Shown piece after piece: positions 1-10,085 of a DNA stretch of 64,000 bases. Positions within the stretch are counted from its first letter, which is position 1. Every line of letters begins with the position of its first letter. Location of the stretch: the NCBI GenBank assembly GCA_965221165.1, contig CBDCRP010000003.1:1664001-1728000 (forward strand). The letters are read 5' to 3'. The translations under genes and the position numbers were made by a program. Origin of the DNA: a bacterium (GTDB lineage Bacteria > UBA8248). The notes beneath the pieces are model-generated. The model saw nothing but the letters and a program-made list of their open reading frames with translations, was not told where the DNA came from and did not search any database.

Positions 1-26
1 CATCCAACGAAGGAGACCAGAAGCCC

Positions 27-746
27 ATGAGCCGGATTATCGACCTTTCCATGCCCGTCCACATGTGGATGGAGCGATACCCGGGCACGCCGCAGCCCGT
101 CATCCAGATGATAGAGACCACCTTCGAGTCCGCCGAGCGCATCGGGACCGACAAGATGGGCTTCCCCGAGCTGTTCGCGCACAGCGTGTGCATCTTCAGC
201 GAGCATTGCGGCACCCACATCGACGCGAGAAGCCACGGCGGGCGAAACGATTCGTGGTCCGAGGACATCCCGCTCGATAAATGCTACGGGCCGGGCTTAA
301 GGCTGGACATGCGCCATAAAAAACAAGGTGAGCCCATTGGTGTCAACGACTTGAAAGATGCCCTCGCCAAGGAGAACTGCACGATTGAGGGCGGTGAGAT
401 CGTATTCCTCTGGACGGGCGCCGCCGCCTACAACGATGAACCGCGCTACCTGACGGACCACCCCGGCATGGTGGGCGAGAGCGCTGAGTGGCTGATCGAC
501 CAGGGCGTGCAGGTGATGGGCATCGACGCGCCGGGGTTTGACTTGCCCATCAAGGAGATGCTGGAGAGAAAAGACCCCTGGCCCTGTCATCGCCTGTTCC
601 AGACGCGCGAATACTGGCACATCGAGAACCTGTGCAACCTGGACGCCATTCCCGCAGCCCACGGCTTCACCGCCAGCGTGCTGCCGCTTCACTGGCAAGG
701 CGCCACCGGGACCCACATCCGCACCGTCGCCATCGTGAACGAGTAG
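27..746 (+). CDS. Cyclase family protein (kynurenine formamidase-like metal-dependent hydrolase)
   Basis: IIDLS start, EHCGTHIDA (HxGTHxD) motif, GIDAPG, HIENL; AAGGAG RBS. Confidence 0.9.
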   Translation: MSRIIDLSMPVHMWMERYPGTPQPVIQMIETTFESAERIGTDKMGFPELFAHSVCIFSEHCGTHIDARSHGGRNDSWSEDIPLDKCYGPGLRLDMRHKKQGEPIGVNDLKDALAKENCTIEGGEIVFLWTGAAAYNDEPRYLTDHPGMVGESAEWLIDQGVQVMGIDAPGFDLPIKEMLERKDPWPCHRLFQTREYWHIENLCNLDAIPAAHGFTASVLPLHWQGATGTHIRTVAIVNE

Positions 747-1814
747 ATGAAGGTGTCTTTCCTCCTCCTGCGAGAAGCCGTTCAGGCGAGAAAACGGGCG
801 ATGCGCCTCACCCTGCTCTCGCTCTTGCTCCTCACCGGGCTGCTCCTCATCCCGGGATATGCGGGTGCCGCGAAGCCATCCGCCTCTATGAGAATGGAAG
901 CGAAAGACGCGCAGCAGAGCCGTGAAGCGCGCATCAAGCTGTATGAGCGCACGCTCAAAGCGCATCTCGCATCGAACCCCTATCCCCTGGTTGACCTCGA
1001 AATCTCGCTCGTTCGGTGGAGAAGCGCCAAGCAACTCATCGAGGGCATGGATCGCGCGGGCGTCGCCTTGGGCGCGGTCACCGCGGCGAGTGAGCAGACC
1101 ATCAAAAAGGCGGTGGAGCGCTACCCCGGCCGATTGATTCCGCTCACCACGTCCGCCGCTCAAAAGGAGTGGGCGCGGCCCAAGGGCTCCTACTTATCCA
1201 GTATCAAGCGGCAACTAGGGGGCGGCGCATTCGGTATCGGGAAGATCACGTGGCGGCCGGGGTCCTCCCATAAAGCCCGGGCGGCGCGAGAGAAAGAGGC
1301 ATTGGGGGCGATCATCCGTCTGGCGACGGGAAAGAGCAGCCTCCTCCTGCTCGACATGCCTCCCGATGACGGCGGTCTGGAACAACTCGAGAGGCATCTG
1401 AGAGCAACCCCCGAGGCGAAAGTCATCTGGACGCAAGCTGGCAGGATATTGAACCCGAACGCCCTGCCCGGCTATGGACACGGCCTGCTCCGGGCGCTCA
1501 GCCTCCGACACCCCCACCTTTTCTTCACGCTCACCCAGGACCCGCCTGCCCCCGCAGATTCGTCCGCTCCGCGGAAAAACCACCTGTATGACCCCGGGGG
1601 GGCGTTCTCTCGTGAATGGAGGGCTTTGCTTGAAGCGCGGGTGGGTCATTTCATGGCCGGGAGTGATTCCTCCCCAACCGACCCGGCGATATATGCGGGA
1701 AGAACGCGCCTTTTTCGCGCAGAGGTGCTCGAAAAAATCAGCCCGCCGGCCAGAAGGCTCATCGCCTACCAAAACGCATGGCGTCTTCTGATGAACCGGA
1801 ACTGGAAGCCTTGA
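747..1814 (+). CDS. Secreted amidohydrolase-fold (TIM barrel) protein, metal ligands apparently degenerate
   Basis: Signal peptide; YPGRLIP, GAFGIGK, KVIWTQAG, FMAGSD, IAYQNAWRL resemble Amidohydro_2 but the His/Glu ligand positions are substituted. Confidence 0.6.
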   Translation: MKVSFLLLREAVQARKRAMRLTLLSLLLLTGLLLIPGYAGAAKPSASMRMEAKDAQQSREARIKLYERTLKAHLASNPYPLVDLEISLVRWRSAKQLIEGMDRAGVALGAVTAASEQTIKKAVERYPGRLIPLTTSAAQKEWARPKGSYLSSIKRQLGGGAFGIGKITWRPGSSHKARAAREKEALGAIIRLATGKSSLLLLDMPPDDGGLEQLERHLRATPEAKVIWTQAGRILNPNALPGYGHGLLRALSLRHPHLFFTLTQDPPAPADSSAPRKNHLYDPGGAFSREWRALLEARVGHFMAGSDSSPTDPAIYAGRTRLFRAEVLEKISPPARRLIAYQNAWRLLMNRNWKP

Positions 1815-1942
1815 TTCATAAAATTCTCCCGAATCCGTTGCATCCAACCCGGCGCATGGGGATAATGCCGACCCCCGGGGTTGAAAACATCCTGGAAAAG
1901 TGATTTCCCGACAAAAGAGCTTACGCGCAAGGAGTTCGCCTT

Positions 1943-3091
1943 ATGTACAGCATACGTCACCCGCAACGGACCTGGTTCGGCCTCGGAACCATCTCGAAGA
2001 TCAAGGATGAGGCGGAGTTTTTAGGCGCTCGCAATGCGCTTTTCTTCACGGACAAGGGCGTGAGGGGCGCAGGCGTAGCGGACATGGCGCTGGCTCCTCT
2101 GGAAGAGGCCGGCGTCGACGTGACGATATACGATGAGTGCCCACCCGAACCCGCCATCGGTGATCTCGAAAAGGCTTTTGAGGAATACAGAAACGGCTCT
2201 TTCGATCTCGTCGTCGGAGTCGGGGGCGGCAGTTCGATGGACATGGCGAAATCCATCGGCGTATTGCTCGGAAACGACGGCGCGCCCAGGGATTATCTGG
2301 GTATTGAACTCGTGCCGAAACCAGGCGTCTCCACCATTTTGGTGCCCACCACCAGTGGAACGGGCGCCGAAGCCACGCCCAACGCCATTTTCTCGGTGCC
2401 GGAGGAGCAAGTGAAGCTGGCTATCGTCAGCACGCACGTCATCCCGTTCGCCGCCATCGTCGACCCGAACCTCACGCTTTCCGCACCGCCGAAGGTCACC
2501 TCCGCCGCCGGGGTGGACGCCTTTACGCATTGCCTGGAAACCTACGTGGCCAGAAACGCCACTCCCCTGAGCGAGATGTACAGCCTGGAGGGAATGAAAC
2601 TCATCGCCCGTTCTTTACGGCGCGTATGTGACGATGTAAGCGATATCGAAGCCAGGACCGACATGGCCCTGGGCTCATACTATGGCGGCGTGGCGCTCGC
2701 CGGCGCGGGGGCGGGAGCCATTCATGCCCTGGCGTATCCGCTGGGTTCCAGGTTTCATATTCCCCACGGGGTCAGCAATTCCCTGATGTTTTCTCACGTC
2801 ATGAAGGAGAACCACGCGGCGGCGCCTGAGAAATTCGCCCGCATCGCCCAGATACTGGGCGAATCCATCGATGGCATATCCCAGGCGGAAGCTGCCGAGC
2901 TTTCCGTCGGCGCGGTGGAAAAACTCTGTCGTGATTGCGGGGTGCCCACCCGGCTCGGCGAAGTCGACGTTCCCCCACATGCCATACCGGAGTTGGCCGA
3001 AGCCGCTTTCAAACTCGAACGTCTCTTGAATTGCAATCCCAAAGAGCTCACGCTTGAGGACATTGAGAGAATATATCGCGCCGCGGCCTGA
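1943..3091 (+). CDS. Iron-containing alcohol dehydrogenase
   Basis: GGGSSMD, PTTSGTGAE, DAFTHCLE, HALAYPLG..HIPHG motifs. Confidence 0.93.
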   Translation: MYSIRHPQRTWFGLGTISKIKDEAEFLGARNALFFTDKGVRGAGVADMALAPLEEAGVDVTIYDECPPEPAIGDLEKAFEEYRNGSFDLVVGVGGGSSMDMAKSIGVLLGNDGAPRDYLGIELVPKPGVSTILVPTTSGTGAEATPNAIFSVPEEQVKLAIVSTHVIPFAAIVDPNLTLSAPPKVTSAAGVDAFTHCLETYVARNATPLSEMYSLEGMKLIARSLRRVCDDVSDIEARTDMALGSYYGGVALAGAGAGAIHALAYPLGSRFHIPHGVSNSLMFSHVMKENHAAAPEKFARIAQILGESIDGISQAEAAELSVGAVEKLCRDCGVPTRLGEVDVPPHAIPELAEAAFKLERLLNCNPKELTLEDIERIYRAAA

Positions 3092-3093
3092 AA

Positions 3094-3879
3094 ATGCCCA
3101 TACAATCAACACCTTCGCAAAACTTGCACCCGATGATGGATATTTCCCCCGGCGATATGGTCTGCGTCATGGGCGCCGGCGGCAAGGCCACGCTCATGAA
3201 GCGGCTCATCCGGGAGATGCTGGGTGAGCCGTTTCCCGTCATCATTACCAGCACGACGAATCTCCATGCCCTGGGTGGTGAAAATTCGCCGCCCGTTCTA
3301 CTGAGCGAGGAGGGACGCGTCGAGTTGCAATCCGTCGTCAAGGATTGGTCCATGCGTGGCGCCGTTGTTTGGGTGGAGAGGAAATTGCCACAAAACATGT
3401 TCCGTGGCCTCGAGGCGAACCAGGTGGAAGCGTTGCACCGCTCTGATTTTCACGGCGTGATGGTTGTAAAAACAGACGGGGCCAGAAAACGGCTCATCAA
3501 GGCCCCGGGGCCAAATGAGCCGGTTATCCCAAAAGGAGCGACACATTGCGTCCTCGTGTTGGGGCTCGTTGCAATTGGACAAAAAGCGGACGAGCGAATT
3601 GTTCATCGCATGGAAAAAGTTCGCGCCATAGCGGGCTTGAAAGCCGGGGAAGTCATCGAGCCACATCATTTGACGGGGCTGGCGAGTCATCCGGATAGCT
3701 ATCCGCATCGTTTTCCTCCAAACGCAAAGCGAATACTTTATTTGAGCCATTGCACCTCTAAAAAGGCCCTTCAGGATGCCCAAACGATATTCGAGGCCGT
3801 ACCGGATGGCATGTACGATGACCTGCTCGCAGGAGATTCAGTCACGGGAAATTTTTATCGCAAAGGATTACATGAATGA
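3094..3879 (+). CDS. yqeC: YqeC-family selenium-dependent molybdenum hydroxylase accessory protein
   Basis: MGAGGKATL, ITSTTNL, DGARKRLIKAP..EPVIP, VHRME motifs typical of YqeC; start uncertain. Confidence 0.75.
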   Translation: MPIQSTPSQNLHPMMDISPGDMVCVMGAGGKATLMKRLIREMLGEPFPVIITSTTNLHALGGENSPPVLLSEEGRVELQSVVKDWSMRGAVVWVERKLPQNMFRGLEANQVEALHRSDFHGVMVVKTDGARKRLIKAPGPNEPVIPKGATHCVLVLGLVAIGQKADERIVHRMEKVRAIAGLKAGEVIEPHHLTGLASHPDSYPHRFPPNAKRILYLSHCTSKKALQDAQTIFEAVPDGMYDDLLAGDSVTGNFYRKGLHE

Positions 3880-5033
3880 TCGGCGCAGCCGCTATCAGAA
3901 AATCCCTTGAAACCCGAAAAGATGAAATCATCGAACAAATCGCCCATGTGGTGAATATCGACTCCCCGACGTTTCCCAATAAGGGAACGAACGCTGTTTC
4001 CTCCCATTTTGCGGAAAAATACCTTGAAATGGGGGCCGAAGTGGAGATGATTCCAGGCACGCATGAAACGGGAGATCATCTTTTGGCGACGTTTCATGGC
4101 GCAAGAAAAAACGGCCCCCATATATTCCTGGTCGGGCATTGCGACACCGTTTTTGCAGAGGGAACCGCCGCGCAACGGCCGTTCACCATAAAAGACGGGA
4201 TGGCCTACGGCCCCGGGGTGGTTGATATGAAAGGATGTCTGGTGGTTTGCCAATTCGTGATGGAAGCGTTACTGGCCGAAGGGTTCGAAGAGTTCACGAA
4301 AATTCAAATTTTATACGACACCGATGAAGAACGCGGGAACCCCTCATCGAGAAAAGTGATAGAGCGAATCGGAAGAGACGCCGCCGCCGCGTTGATAATC
4401 GAGTCCGGCCGTGCAAACGGCTCCATCGTATCTTCGAGGAAAGGAAGTTGCTACGGGAAATTGCTCGTCAGCGGCGTCTCGGCCCATGCCGGCGTTGACC
4501 CTCAAAGAGGCAGAAGCGCTGTTCATGAGCTCGCCCACAATATGGTAGCCATCCAAAACCTGGAGCGAGGAGGCGGCACCATCAACATCACCGGTCTCTC
4601 AGGTGGGTACAGGCCGCATATCGTGGCGGATGAGGCTTCTTGCCACATTGAAGTGCGCGCGGAACGTCAGACAACCCTCGATTCCATGACGGATGAACTG
4701 CACCGCATAACTTCCGAACCCCACATCGAGGGAACAAGCCTGGAATTCAAAAAAATCAGCGGAAGACCCGCCATGGAATTCAACCACAGGACGGAAAAGC
4801 TCTTGTCCGCCGCGGCGGAAATCGCACAGGAGGCGGGCGTCAAATTTCAGTACGGCCCCACCGGCGGAGGTTCCGATGGAAATTATCTCTCCCCTCTCGG
4901 AGTCGCCGTTCTCGACGGATTAGGTCCTGTAGGAGGAAATTTACATACGGATGAAGAATACCTGGAACTCGACTCCATCGCCCCAAGAGGCGCGCTGCTC
5001 GGAGGGTTGCTTGAAAGTTTATCCTCACGGTGA
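3876..5033 (+). CDS. M20 family metallopeptidase (carboxypeptidase G2-like)
   Basis: GHCDTV, GPGVVDMKG, DEERG, SAHAG, GGGSDGN, HTDEEY; ATGA overlap with upstream gene. Confidence 0.92.
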   Translation: MIGAAAIRKSLETRKDEIIEQIAHVVNIDSPTFPNKGTNAVSSHFAEKYLEMGAEVEMIPGTHETGDHLLATFHGARKNGPHIFLVGHCDTVFAEGTAAQRPFTIKDGMAYGPGVVDMKGCLVVCQFVMEALLAEGFEEFTKIQILYDTDEERGNPSSRKVIERIGRDAAAALIIESGRANGSIVSSRKGSCYGKLLVSGVSAHAGVDPQRGRSAVHELAHNMVAIQNLERGGGTINITGLSGGYRPHIVADEASCHIEVRAERQTTLDSMTDELHRITSEPHIEGTSLEFKKISGRPAMEFNHRTEKLLSAAAEIAQEAGVKFQYGPTGGGSDGNYLSPLGVAVLDGLGPVGGNLHTDEEYLELDSIAPRGALLGGLLESLSSR

Positions 5034-5051
5034 GGTGTATAGCGGGAGTCC

Positions 5052-6293
5052 CTAGTCTTCCAAGGGCATCCCGAAATCCGATCTGGGCTTGGGCTCTCCG
5101 ACCACTTTACCTTCCAAGAACTCTTCTATCTGCGCATCGCTGAACCCGAGGATATCCGACAATATCTCTCGGGTATGTTCCCCGTGCAAAGGGGCCGGCC
5201 CCTGGACCTTACCCGGATTCTCTGAAAATTTAAGTGGAACGCCGGTGGCATTCATTTTACCCAGAAGCGAATGATTCGTCTCCACTACCATCTCTCTATG
5301 GCGAACCTGTTCATCTTCGAGCGCTTCCCGCACATCATAAACCGGACCACAAGGGATCCCCTTCTCTTCCAGCAATTTCAGCCATTCATCTCCATTTCGC
5401 TCGACGAGACGCCTCTCCAGTATGGGGATGAGTTCGTCCCGATTTTCCGCACGGCTGGGAATGTCGACGAATCTCGGATCGTTCACCAGTTCAGGGGCAT
5501 CGATGATGTGGCAAAAATAATTCCAAAAACGATCGCTCGTCACCCCGATGATGATTTCCTTATCCTTCGCCCGGAGCGCCTGGTAGGGAACGATTTGAAA
5601 ATGCGCCGACCCCCATCGCCCGCCAACGCTGCCATCCATGAAATAGCAGCCACTCAAGTTGGTGAGCAGCGATACACTACTATCCAGAAGGGATAGATCT
5701 ATATATTGCCCTTTGCCCGTCTTCTCCCTGGCGAACAATGCGCTGGTTACGCCATAAGCCGCCCACATGCCCGCCGTAAGGTCACTCAACGGAATCCCGG
5801 CCTTGCAAGGCCCGCCATCCGGATCACCCGTCGCGCTCATGATGCCGCTCATCGCCTGGCCGACAATATCAAAGCCCGAGCGCTCCCGATACGGTCCCGT
5901 CTGTCCGAAGCCGGAAACGGAAACGTATATCAATCGAGGATTCAAAGCGGATAGCGCCTCATACCCGACGCCCAGGCGCGCCGCGACGCCCGGGCGAAAA
6001 TTCTCGACAACGATATCCACCTTTTTTGCGATTGTGCGGGCGATCTCAAGACCTTCGTTTTTTTTGAGGTCGACCACAATGCTTTTCTTCCCACGGTTCA
6101 CACTCAGGAAGTAGGCGCTTTCTCCCTTCTTGAATGGAGGGCCCCAGGTGCGGGTTTCATCGCCATTTCCAGGAGATTCGAGCTTGATGATTTCCGCTCC
6201 CAAATCCGAGAGCATCGTGGTGCAAAAGGGTCCCGCGAGGATTCGGGACAAATCCAACACGCGAATTCCCTTCAATGGTCCTTGTGCGCTCAT
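5052..6293 (-). CDS. CaiB/BaiF family III CoA-transferase
   Basis: PLKGIRVLDLSRILAGP, NRGKKS, ENFRPG, SGFGQTGP, APLHGEHT. Confidence 0.93.
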   Translation of the reverse strand: MSAQGPLKGIRVLDLSRILAGPFCTTMLSDLGAEIIKLESPGNGDETRTWGPPFKKGESAYFLSVNRGKKSIVVDLKKNEGLEIARTIAKKVDIVVENFRPGVAARLGVGYEALSALNPRLIYVSVSGFGQTGPYRERSGFDIVGQAMSGIMSATGDPDGGPCKAGIPLSDLTAGMWAAYGVTSALFAREKTGKGQYIDLSLLDSSVSLLTNLSGCYFMDGSVGGRWGSAHFQIVPYQALRAKDKEIIIGVTSDRFWNYFCHIIDAPELVNDPRFVDIPSRAENRDELIPILERRLVERNGDEWLKLLEEKGIPCGPVYDVREALEDEQVRHREMVVETNHSLLGKMNATGVPLKFSENPGKVQGPAPLHGEHTREILSDILGFSDAQIEEFLEGKVVGEPKPRSDFGMPLED

Positions 6294-6547
6294 CGACCCC
6301 ATCCTGAATAACAAGCAAGAAGAATTTTACGAATGCTTAGAATGTGCAAAGGTGTGGGGTAATCTGTCAAGGAATCTTCATGAAATTCAACGCACCGCTT
6401 CTCGGCATCGGGATCATCACAATAATTCTTCACCGCTTGGCGTTGGCGCCACAACAAGGAGAGCAAACGCTATGGCGCGGCCTACGCAAGAGATCGGTTT
6501 TCGCCATAAAACGCTTGCCCCAGGCGATGCGGCCATCCATTTGTTGT

Positions 6548-7591
6548 CTACGAGGGATGCTTTGGGGCGGGAAAATGCTCCCAAGCGAGGTTTTCCAATG
6601 CGAAAACCCCTTCCGCTCGCTTCACGGAAACTCCTTTTGAGGCCGACACGATTTCTCCGATAGGCGTGAGCGGTGCCCCTCCCGCCTGTCGGACAATCTC
6701 TTGAAGCGCATGGACAGATTCTACAGGCGTCGTGACGAGAAGCTCGTAATCCTCTCCACCATGCAAGGCCCATCCAAGAGGATTTTTCGCCACGGTGGAC
6801 GCCAATTCCAGTAAGGCGTTGGAGATGGACAGTTCTTTCTCCCAAATGATTGCGCCTACTCCACTCGCATCACACAGGTGATGGATATCACCCGCCAGAC
6901 CATCACTGATGTCCATCATGGATGTGGCCAACCCCGATTCCGCGATGGCTGCCCCCTCCGCGACACGGGGCTGCGGCTTGAGTTGTGCGGAGGTAAGCGA
7001 GGTATACAAATCTTCCCGGATTCCGATTTGCGGTTGAGATAATAAATGTAGCCCCGCGACGGCATCGCCCAGGTGCCCCGTCACCAGAATTCGGTCTCCC
7101 ACGCGGGCACCGCTTCGGCGAAGAACTTTCTCCGCCATCATCTCGCCGACTAGAAACACATCGATGAACAAAGGGCCACTCGTTCGCGTGACGTTTCCGC
7201 CCAGAATCAAAATATCGTATCGCTCCGAGAGCGCACGCACCCCCTCATATACATCATCCAGGAACGAGACCGCCGTATCCTCGGGTATACCCAACGAGAT
7301 GAGCGCAAAGCGCGGCTTGCCCCCCATTGCCGCTACATCGCTTACGTTCACCGCCAGCGACTTGTAACCTACGGCGAAACCAGGAATACCCTCTGGGGAG
7401 GGAAAATGCACTCCGCTTACCTGCACATCGCACGTCACCACCCAGCATTTCCCATCTCCCGCTTTGATGACAGCCGCATCATCCCCATTACCGACGATGA
7501 CATCCGCGTTGTTCCCCACTGAACCGAGCCTGTTTCTCAAGCGCTCTATCAAGACGAACTCTCCGATCCCTTTCGCTGATTCGCTGTTCAC
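6548..7591 (-). CDS. thiL: Thiamine-monophosphate kinase
   Basis: GEFVLI, GDDAAV, NVSDVAAMGG, DISDGL, GGEDYEL; overlaps thiE stop. Confidence 0.95.
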   Translation of the reverse strand: MNSESAKGIGEFVLIERLRNRLGSVGNNADVIVGNGDDAAVIKAGDGKCWVVTCDVQVSGVHFPSPEGIPGFAVGYKSLAVNVSDVAAMGGKPRFALISLGIPEDTAVSFLDDVYEGVRALSERYDILILGGNVTRTSGPLFIDVFLVGEMMAEKVLRRSGARVGDRILVTGHLGDAVAGLHLLSQPQIGIREDLYTSLTSAQLKPQPRVAEGAAIAESGLATSMMDISDGLAGDIHHLCDASGVGAIIWEKELSISNALLELASTVAKNPLGWALHGGEDYELLVTTPVESVHALQEIVRQAGGAPLTPIGEIVSASKGVSVKRAEGVFALENLAWEHFPAPKHPS

Positions 7592-8232
7592 CTTCGCGCC
7601 CTCTCTATGCGATTGCGCAACTCTCTGGCCGCGGCTTCAGGGTCGGATGCTCCCATAACTGCGCCGATAACGGCAATACCGGAGGCTCCGGCCTCCATTA
7701 CCGGCTCTACGTTCTCGATGCCGATCCCCCCTATGGCGACAGCGGGCAACCCAGGAGCGAATTCGATTATTTTTCGGAATCCTTCCGCTCCAATAGGTGG
7801 CCTCGAGTCAGCTTTGCTTCCTGTCGCATAAATAGGGCCTATGCCGATATAATCCGCGCCCTCTTCGGCTGCCCGCGACGCCCATTCGGATTTTCCAGCC
7901 GTTACACCATAAAACAACGCACCCCCAGCTATCGCTCTTGCTCTCGGAAGCTGGAAATCCTCCTGGCCCAAATGCACCCCATGCGCGCCGGAGGCCATGG
8001 CGACATCCACCCTGTCATTCACCGTGAAGGCGCAATCGGTCCCTTCCAGAACTTCTTTTAGTTCATCCGCCAAACGAGTCATTTCCACGCCACCCATATT
8101 TTTCTCACGAAGCTGGATCATGGTGGCCCCACCCATTGCGGCTGCACGAACCGCGTCTTTTAATTTCCATCCCGAAGCCCGAGACAAGATATTCCGGTCT
8201 GTAATGACTATAAGCGATGGGTCGAATTTCAT
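7588..8232 (-). CDS. thiE: Thiamine-phosphate synthase
   Basis: QLREK, NDRVDVA, GVHLGQED, GPIYATGSK, AIGGI. Confidence 0.95.
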   Translation of the reverse strand: MKFDPSLIVITDRNILSRASGWKLKDAVRAAAMGGATMIQLREKNMGGVEMTRLADELKEVLEGTDCAFTVNDRVDVAMASGAHGVHLGQEDFQLPRARAIAGGALFYGVTAGKSEWASRAAEEGADYIGIGPIYATGSKADSRPPIGAEGFRKIIEFAPGLPAVAIGGIGIENVEPVMEAGASGIAVIGAVMGASDPEAAARELRNRIERARR

Positions 8233-8312
8233 GAGGCCCTCGAGTTAGTGAAACAAAAACATTCTGATGCCAATAAGTCATGACCACAAAAAAGGGCAAC
8301 GGCTATATCAGC

Positions 8313-8942
8313 TTATCCCTGGTCCATCGTTCCAGAACTTGACCAAGACAAAACGGACACTTTCATTTGGGTGGTCGGCTTATGTGCAGTTGATTTCCTT
8401 TGAAGTGTGCGGCGGATAATGCCGATCGCCTGATTGCTGCTCCAATCCGTCACTCCCACCACCCAAGCGACTAATTGCTGCTCGCGGTCGATGAGGTACA
8501 CCGTCGGCACGTAGCGCACATTGTGCATACGGCGAGACGCCCAGTTCTGATCGTGGAAAATCGGATAGTTCAACTTCTTGTTCTTGGCCCATTTTTGCAC
8601 AAACCCAGGGCCGGCCCTATCCACGGAAACAGCCAGAACCGTAAAACCCTCGTCCTCATATTTTTTCTGGAGGGCCGAAAACTTGGGCATCTCCTCCTCG
8701 CACAAAGGACACCATGTGGCGAAAAAAACGAGCATCACCACTTTGCCTTTAAAATCACTGAGTTTGTGCTGCTTTCCCGTGAGGTCCGGATATTGAAAAT
8801 CAGGGGGCGGCACGGAGTTTTCAGGAGCCATTCGCAAGACGTTAAAACGACTTTGGGCATCCGCCGGATCAGACGACACTGTCAGGAACAAGAGAACACC
8901 AAGAGCGAGGAAACACAGTCTGGAGAATGGAATTGGTCGCAT
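8313..8942 (-). CDS. TlpA/ResA-like exported thiol-disulfide oxidoreductase
   Basis: Signal peptide, LSDFKGKVV, FFATWCPLC (CxxC), VPT cis-Pro loop; AAGGGAG RBS before ATG 8942. Confidence 0.88.
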   Translation of the reverse strand: MRPIPFSRLCFLALGVLLFLTVSSDPADAQSRFNVLRMAPENSVPPPDFQYPDLTGKQHKLSDFKGKVVMLVFFATWCPLCEEEMPKFSALQKKYEDEGFTVLAVSVDRAGPGFVQKWAKNKKLNYPIFHDQNWASRRMHNVRYVPTVYLIDREQQLVAWVVGVTDWSSNQAIGIIRRTLQRKSTAHKPTTQMKVSVLSWSSSGTMDQG

Positions 8943-9031
8943 GGTGCTCCCTTGTGTAGACTTAAAATAGCCCAATGCAAGATAGCATATTTCAGATTAT
9001 TCGAGCCAAAGGAGACTTGCAATACATTTTG

Positions 9032-9910
9032 ATGGAAAGGAAACCGGCCATGTGGCTCATCTTCGCCATGCTATCGCTTCTCATCCTTCATGTTTCCGCA
9101 CAGGGCGCACTAAATACCTGCGAGAGAGATTCCAAACTTATCAAAATCCCTGCGGGCCCTTTTTCGATGGGCAGCGACAGGGCCGAGCGTGATTATGGTT
9201 ATCGAATAGGCAGCCGCGCCGCGCGCAGATGGCGCTGGTTCGACAACTGGGAACTTCCGCGCAAACGCGTCGTCTTGGCCGAATACTTTATTGACAGGAA
9301 CCTGACGACTCAGGCCGAATACCGCCGCTTCGTGTGGGAGAACGGCCATCGCGCTCCTTTCATTTCGCCCAAAAATTATAAACATCAAGGCTATCTCGTT
9401 CATTCCTATGAGTCCGTGCGGCGCTATCTTTGGGGGAAAAACAAAGACGGTCGGCCGACATACTCGAAAGGTCTAGCGAATCATCCCGTCGTGCTCGTAA
9501 GTCAATCAGACGCGCAGGCCTACTGCATCTGGCGGGGCGGAAAAGCTCCAGCGAGATACCGACTGCCCACGGAGGCGGAATGGGAAAAGGCGGCGCGCGG
9601 CGCCGATGCCAGATATTTCCCCTGGGGCAACACCTTCGATCCCGAACGCCTGAACTTTGGCTACAAGGTGCACGCCACAACGCCCGTTGGCACGTATCCG
9701 AAGGGCAAAAGCCCGTATGGCGTGCTCGACATGGCGGGAAACGTCTTCGAGTGGACATCCACCCCGTTTTCAAAATCAAAAGCCACGATGAAAGGGGGTG
9801 GGTCCTGGGACGATCAGCCGGGTATCACGCGGGCAGCCGCTCGCCATGGACGGGACCCGAAGGCCCGGCACCTACTTTTTGGTTTTCGGTGTGTTTGCGT
9901 AAACCCATAA
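9032..9910 (+). CDS. Formylglycine-generating enzyme (SUMF1/FGE-sulfatase) domain protein, exported
   Basis: GPFSMGS, HPVVLVS, RLPTEAEWEKAARG, DMAGNVFEW, GFRC; start may be 9050. Confidence 0.9.
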   Translation: MERKPAMWLIFAMLSLLILHVSAQGALNTCERDSKLIKIPAGPFSMGSDRAERDYGYRIGSRAARRWRWFDNWELPRKRVVLAEYFIDRNLTTQAEYRRFVWENGHRAPFISPKNYKHQGYLVHSYESVRRYLWGKNKDGRPTYSKGLANHPVVLVSQSDAQAYCIWRGGKAPARYRLPTEAEWEKAARGADARYFPWGNTFDPERLNFGYKVHATTPVGTYPKGKSPYGVLDMAGNVFEWTSTPFSKSKATMKGGGSWDDQPGITRAAARHGRDPKARHLLFGFRCVCVNP

Positions 9911-10085
9911 GACCAAATGACCCATGAAACATTGCCGATATCGTCAGAGTCACAAAATAGTTACATTCATCCATACTCGCTTGATGAAGGAATGCGCGTC
10001 CAGACAGGAAAATGCTTGAAGACCCTTCTTGCACATTCCTCATATAACTGAGAATCTCCTTCCCTTATCATCAGGGGAGCACGTC

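Noticed and set aside
8233-8312. TPP riboswitch upstream of thiE-thiL
   Set aside because: Only 80 nt of intergenic space and no CUGAGA/ACCUG core visible.
8313-9910. TlpA as a selenoprotein; FGE-domain protein as selenoneine/ergothioneine synthase (SenA/EgtB)
   Set aside because: TlpA has plain CPLC. The FGE protein has a signal peptide and no DinB-like metal-binding domain.
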